A stretch of 64,000 nt of DNA from Phoronis australis. Taxonomy: Eukaryota; Animalia; Phoronida. Below the pieces are notes generated by a model. The model searched no databases, was not told the origin of the DNA, and worked only from the letters and a program-made list of their open reading frames with translations. The translations under genes and the position numbers were made by a program. Numbering within the stretch: position 1 is the stretch's first letter; each line of letters begins with the position of its first letter. Positions 63,438 through 64,000 of the stretch are shown here, piece by piece. The stretch covers positions 415,006 to 479,005 of the forward strand of contig NMRA01000108.1 in NCBI GenBank assembly GCA_002633005.1, given 5' to 3'.

Positions 63438-64000
63438 GTTTGTTATGTCATAGTGCAGTGACAACAGTGGTGATCTTCATCTGGATTAGGAAGCTGTGGT
63501 TGCAGCCATATGCCAATTTTTCATTCTGGTTCGCAAGCGTTTCACACTTTCGTGGACTTCAATTTCTTTCAAACAATTCTTACATGACTGATCACAAAAC
63601 ATTGTTCAGGTTAATTCCGAAGTTCATTTGATCATTTGTTTTTGTCTTCGCAGTCACTTTTAAATTAGTTGAAAGTGACAGACAAGTGAGCAAAACTGTG
63701 AGAATTTTGCAACGATTGCCGGGATGACCCCATATGCCGCTAAGTTGTATTGTTTAGGAGTACTTCTGTGGTCAACATAATTATACTTTTGTTTTTATGG
63801 GGAGAACTAAGGCTGCACTCCATAGATGCTGGAATCTGGCCAGTAAAGCCATTGTGATCATATGTTTTGCTTGAAATGCATGGTGATACCTAGAGAGGTC
63901 TAACTTGTATTTTGACATCTTTTGGTCTACAGAACGCAGACCCAATGCAGTGTTTTAGAGCACACGCTTGGTGTGTTATATGAAAGTTGATTAGGTGGCG

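Overview
Eukaryotic (invertebrate-like, AT-rich, draft-assembly) genomic DNA, not prokaryotic: most ORF-track entries are noise or single exons. Three spliced genes can be rebuilt with GT-AG, phase-consistent exons. (1) A DP transcription factor (TFDP1/2 orthologue, + strand, 9 coding exons 22481-33231; start-codon exon not securely located, probable housekeeping promoter near 5.7-6.0 kb). (2) DNAJC3/P58IPK (- strand, complete, 11 exons 50333-39628, 491 aa). (3) CCDC39 (+ strand, 18 exons 51143-63437, continues past the window). DNAJC3 and CCDC39 are head-to-head with 809 bp between start codons, and this gap holds a perfect ER-stress element (CCAAT-N9-CCACG). Introns and the 22-kb DP 5' region contain at least six dispersed short repeat families (MITEs, a hairpin family, a tRNA-derived SINE), probable fossil hAT and Penelope-like fragments, two minisatellites, and an 864-bp duplication across an N that is probably an assembly artefact. 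No CRISPR, rRNA or intact tRNA gene was seen. All calls are by eye; no searches were run.
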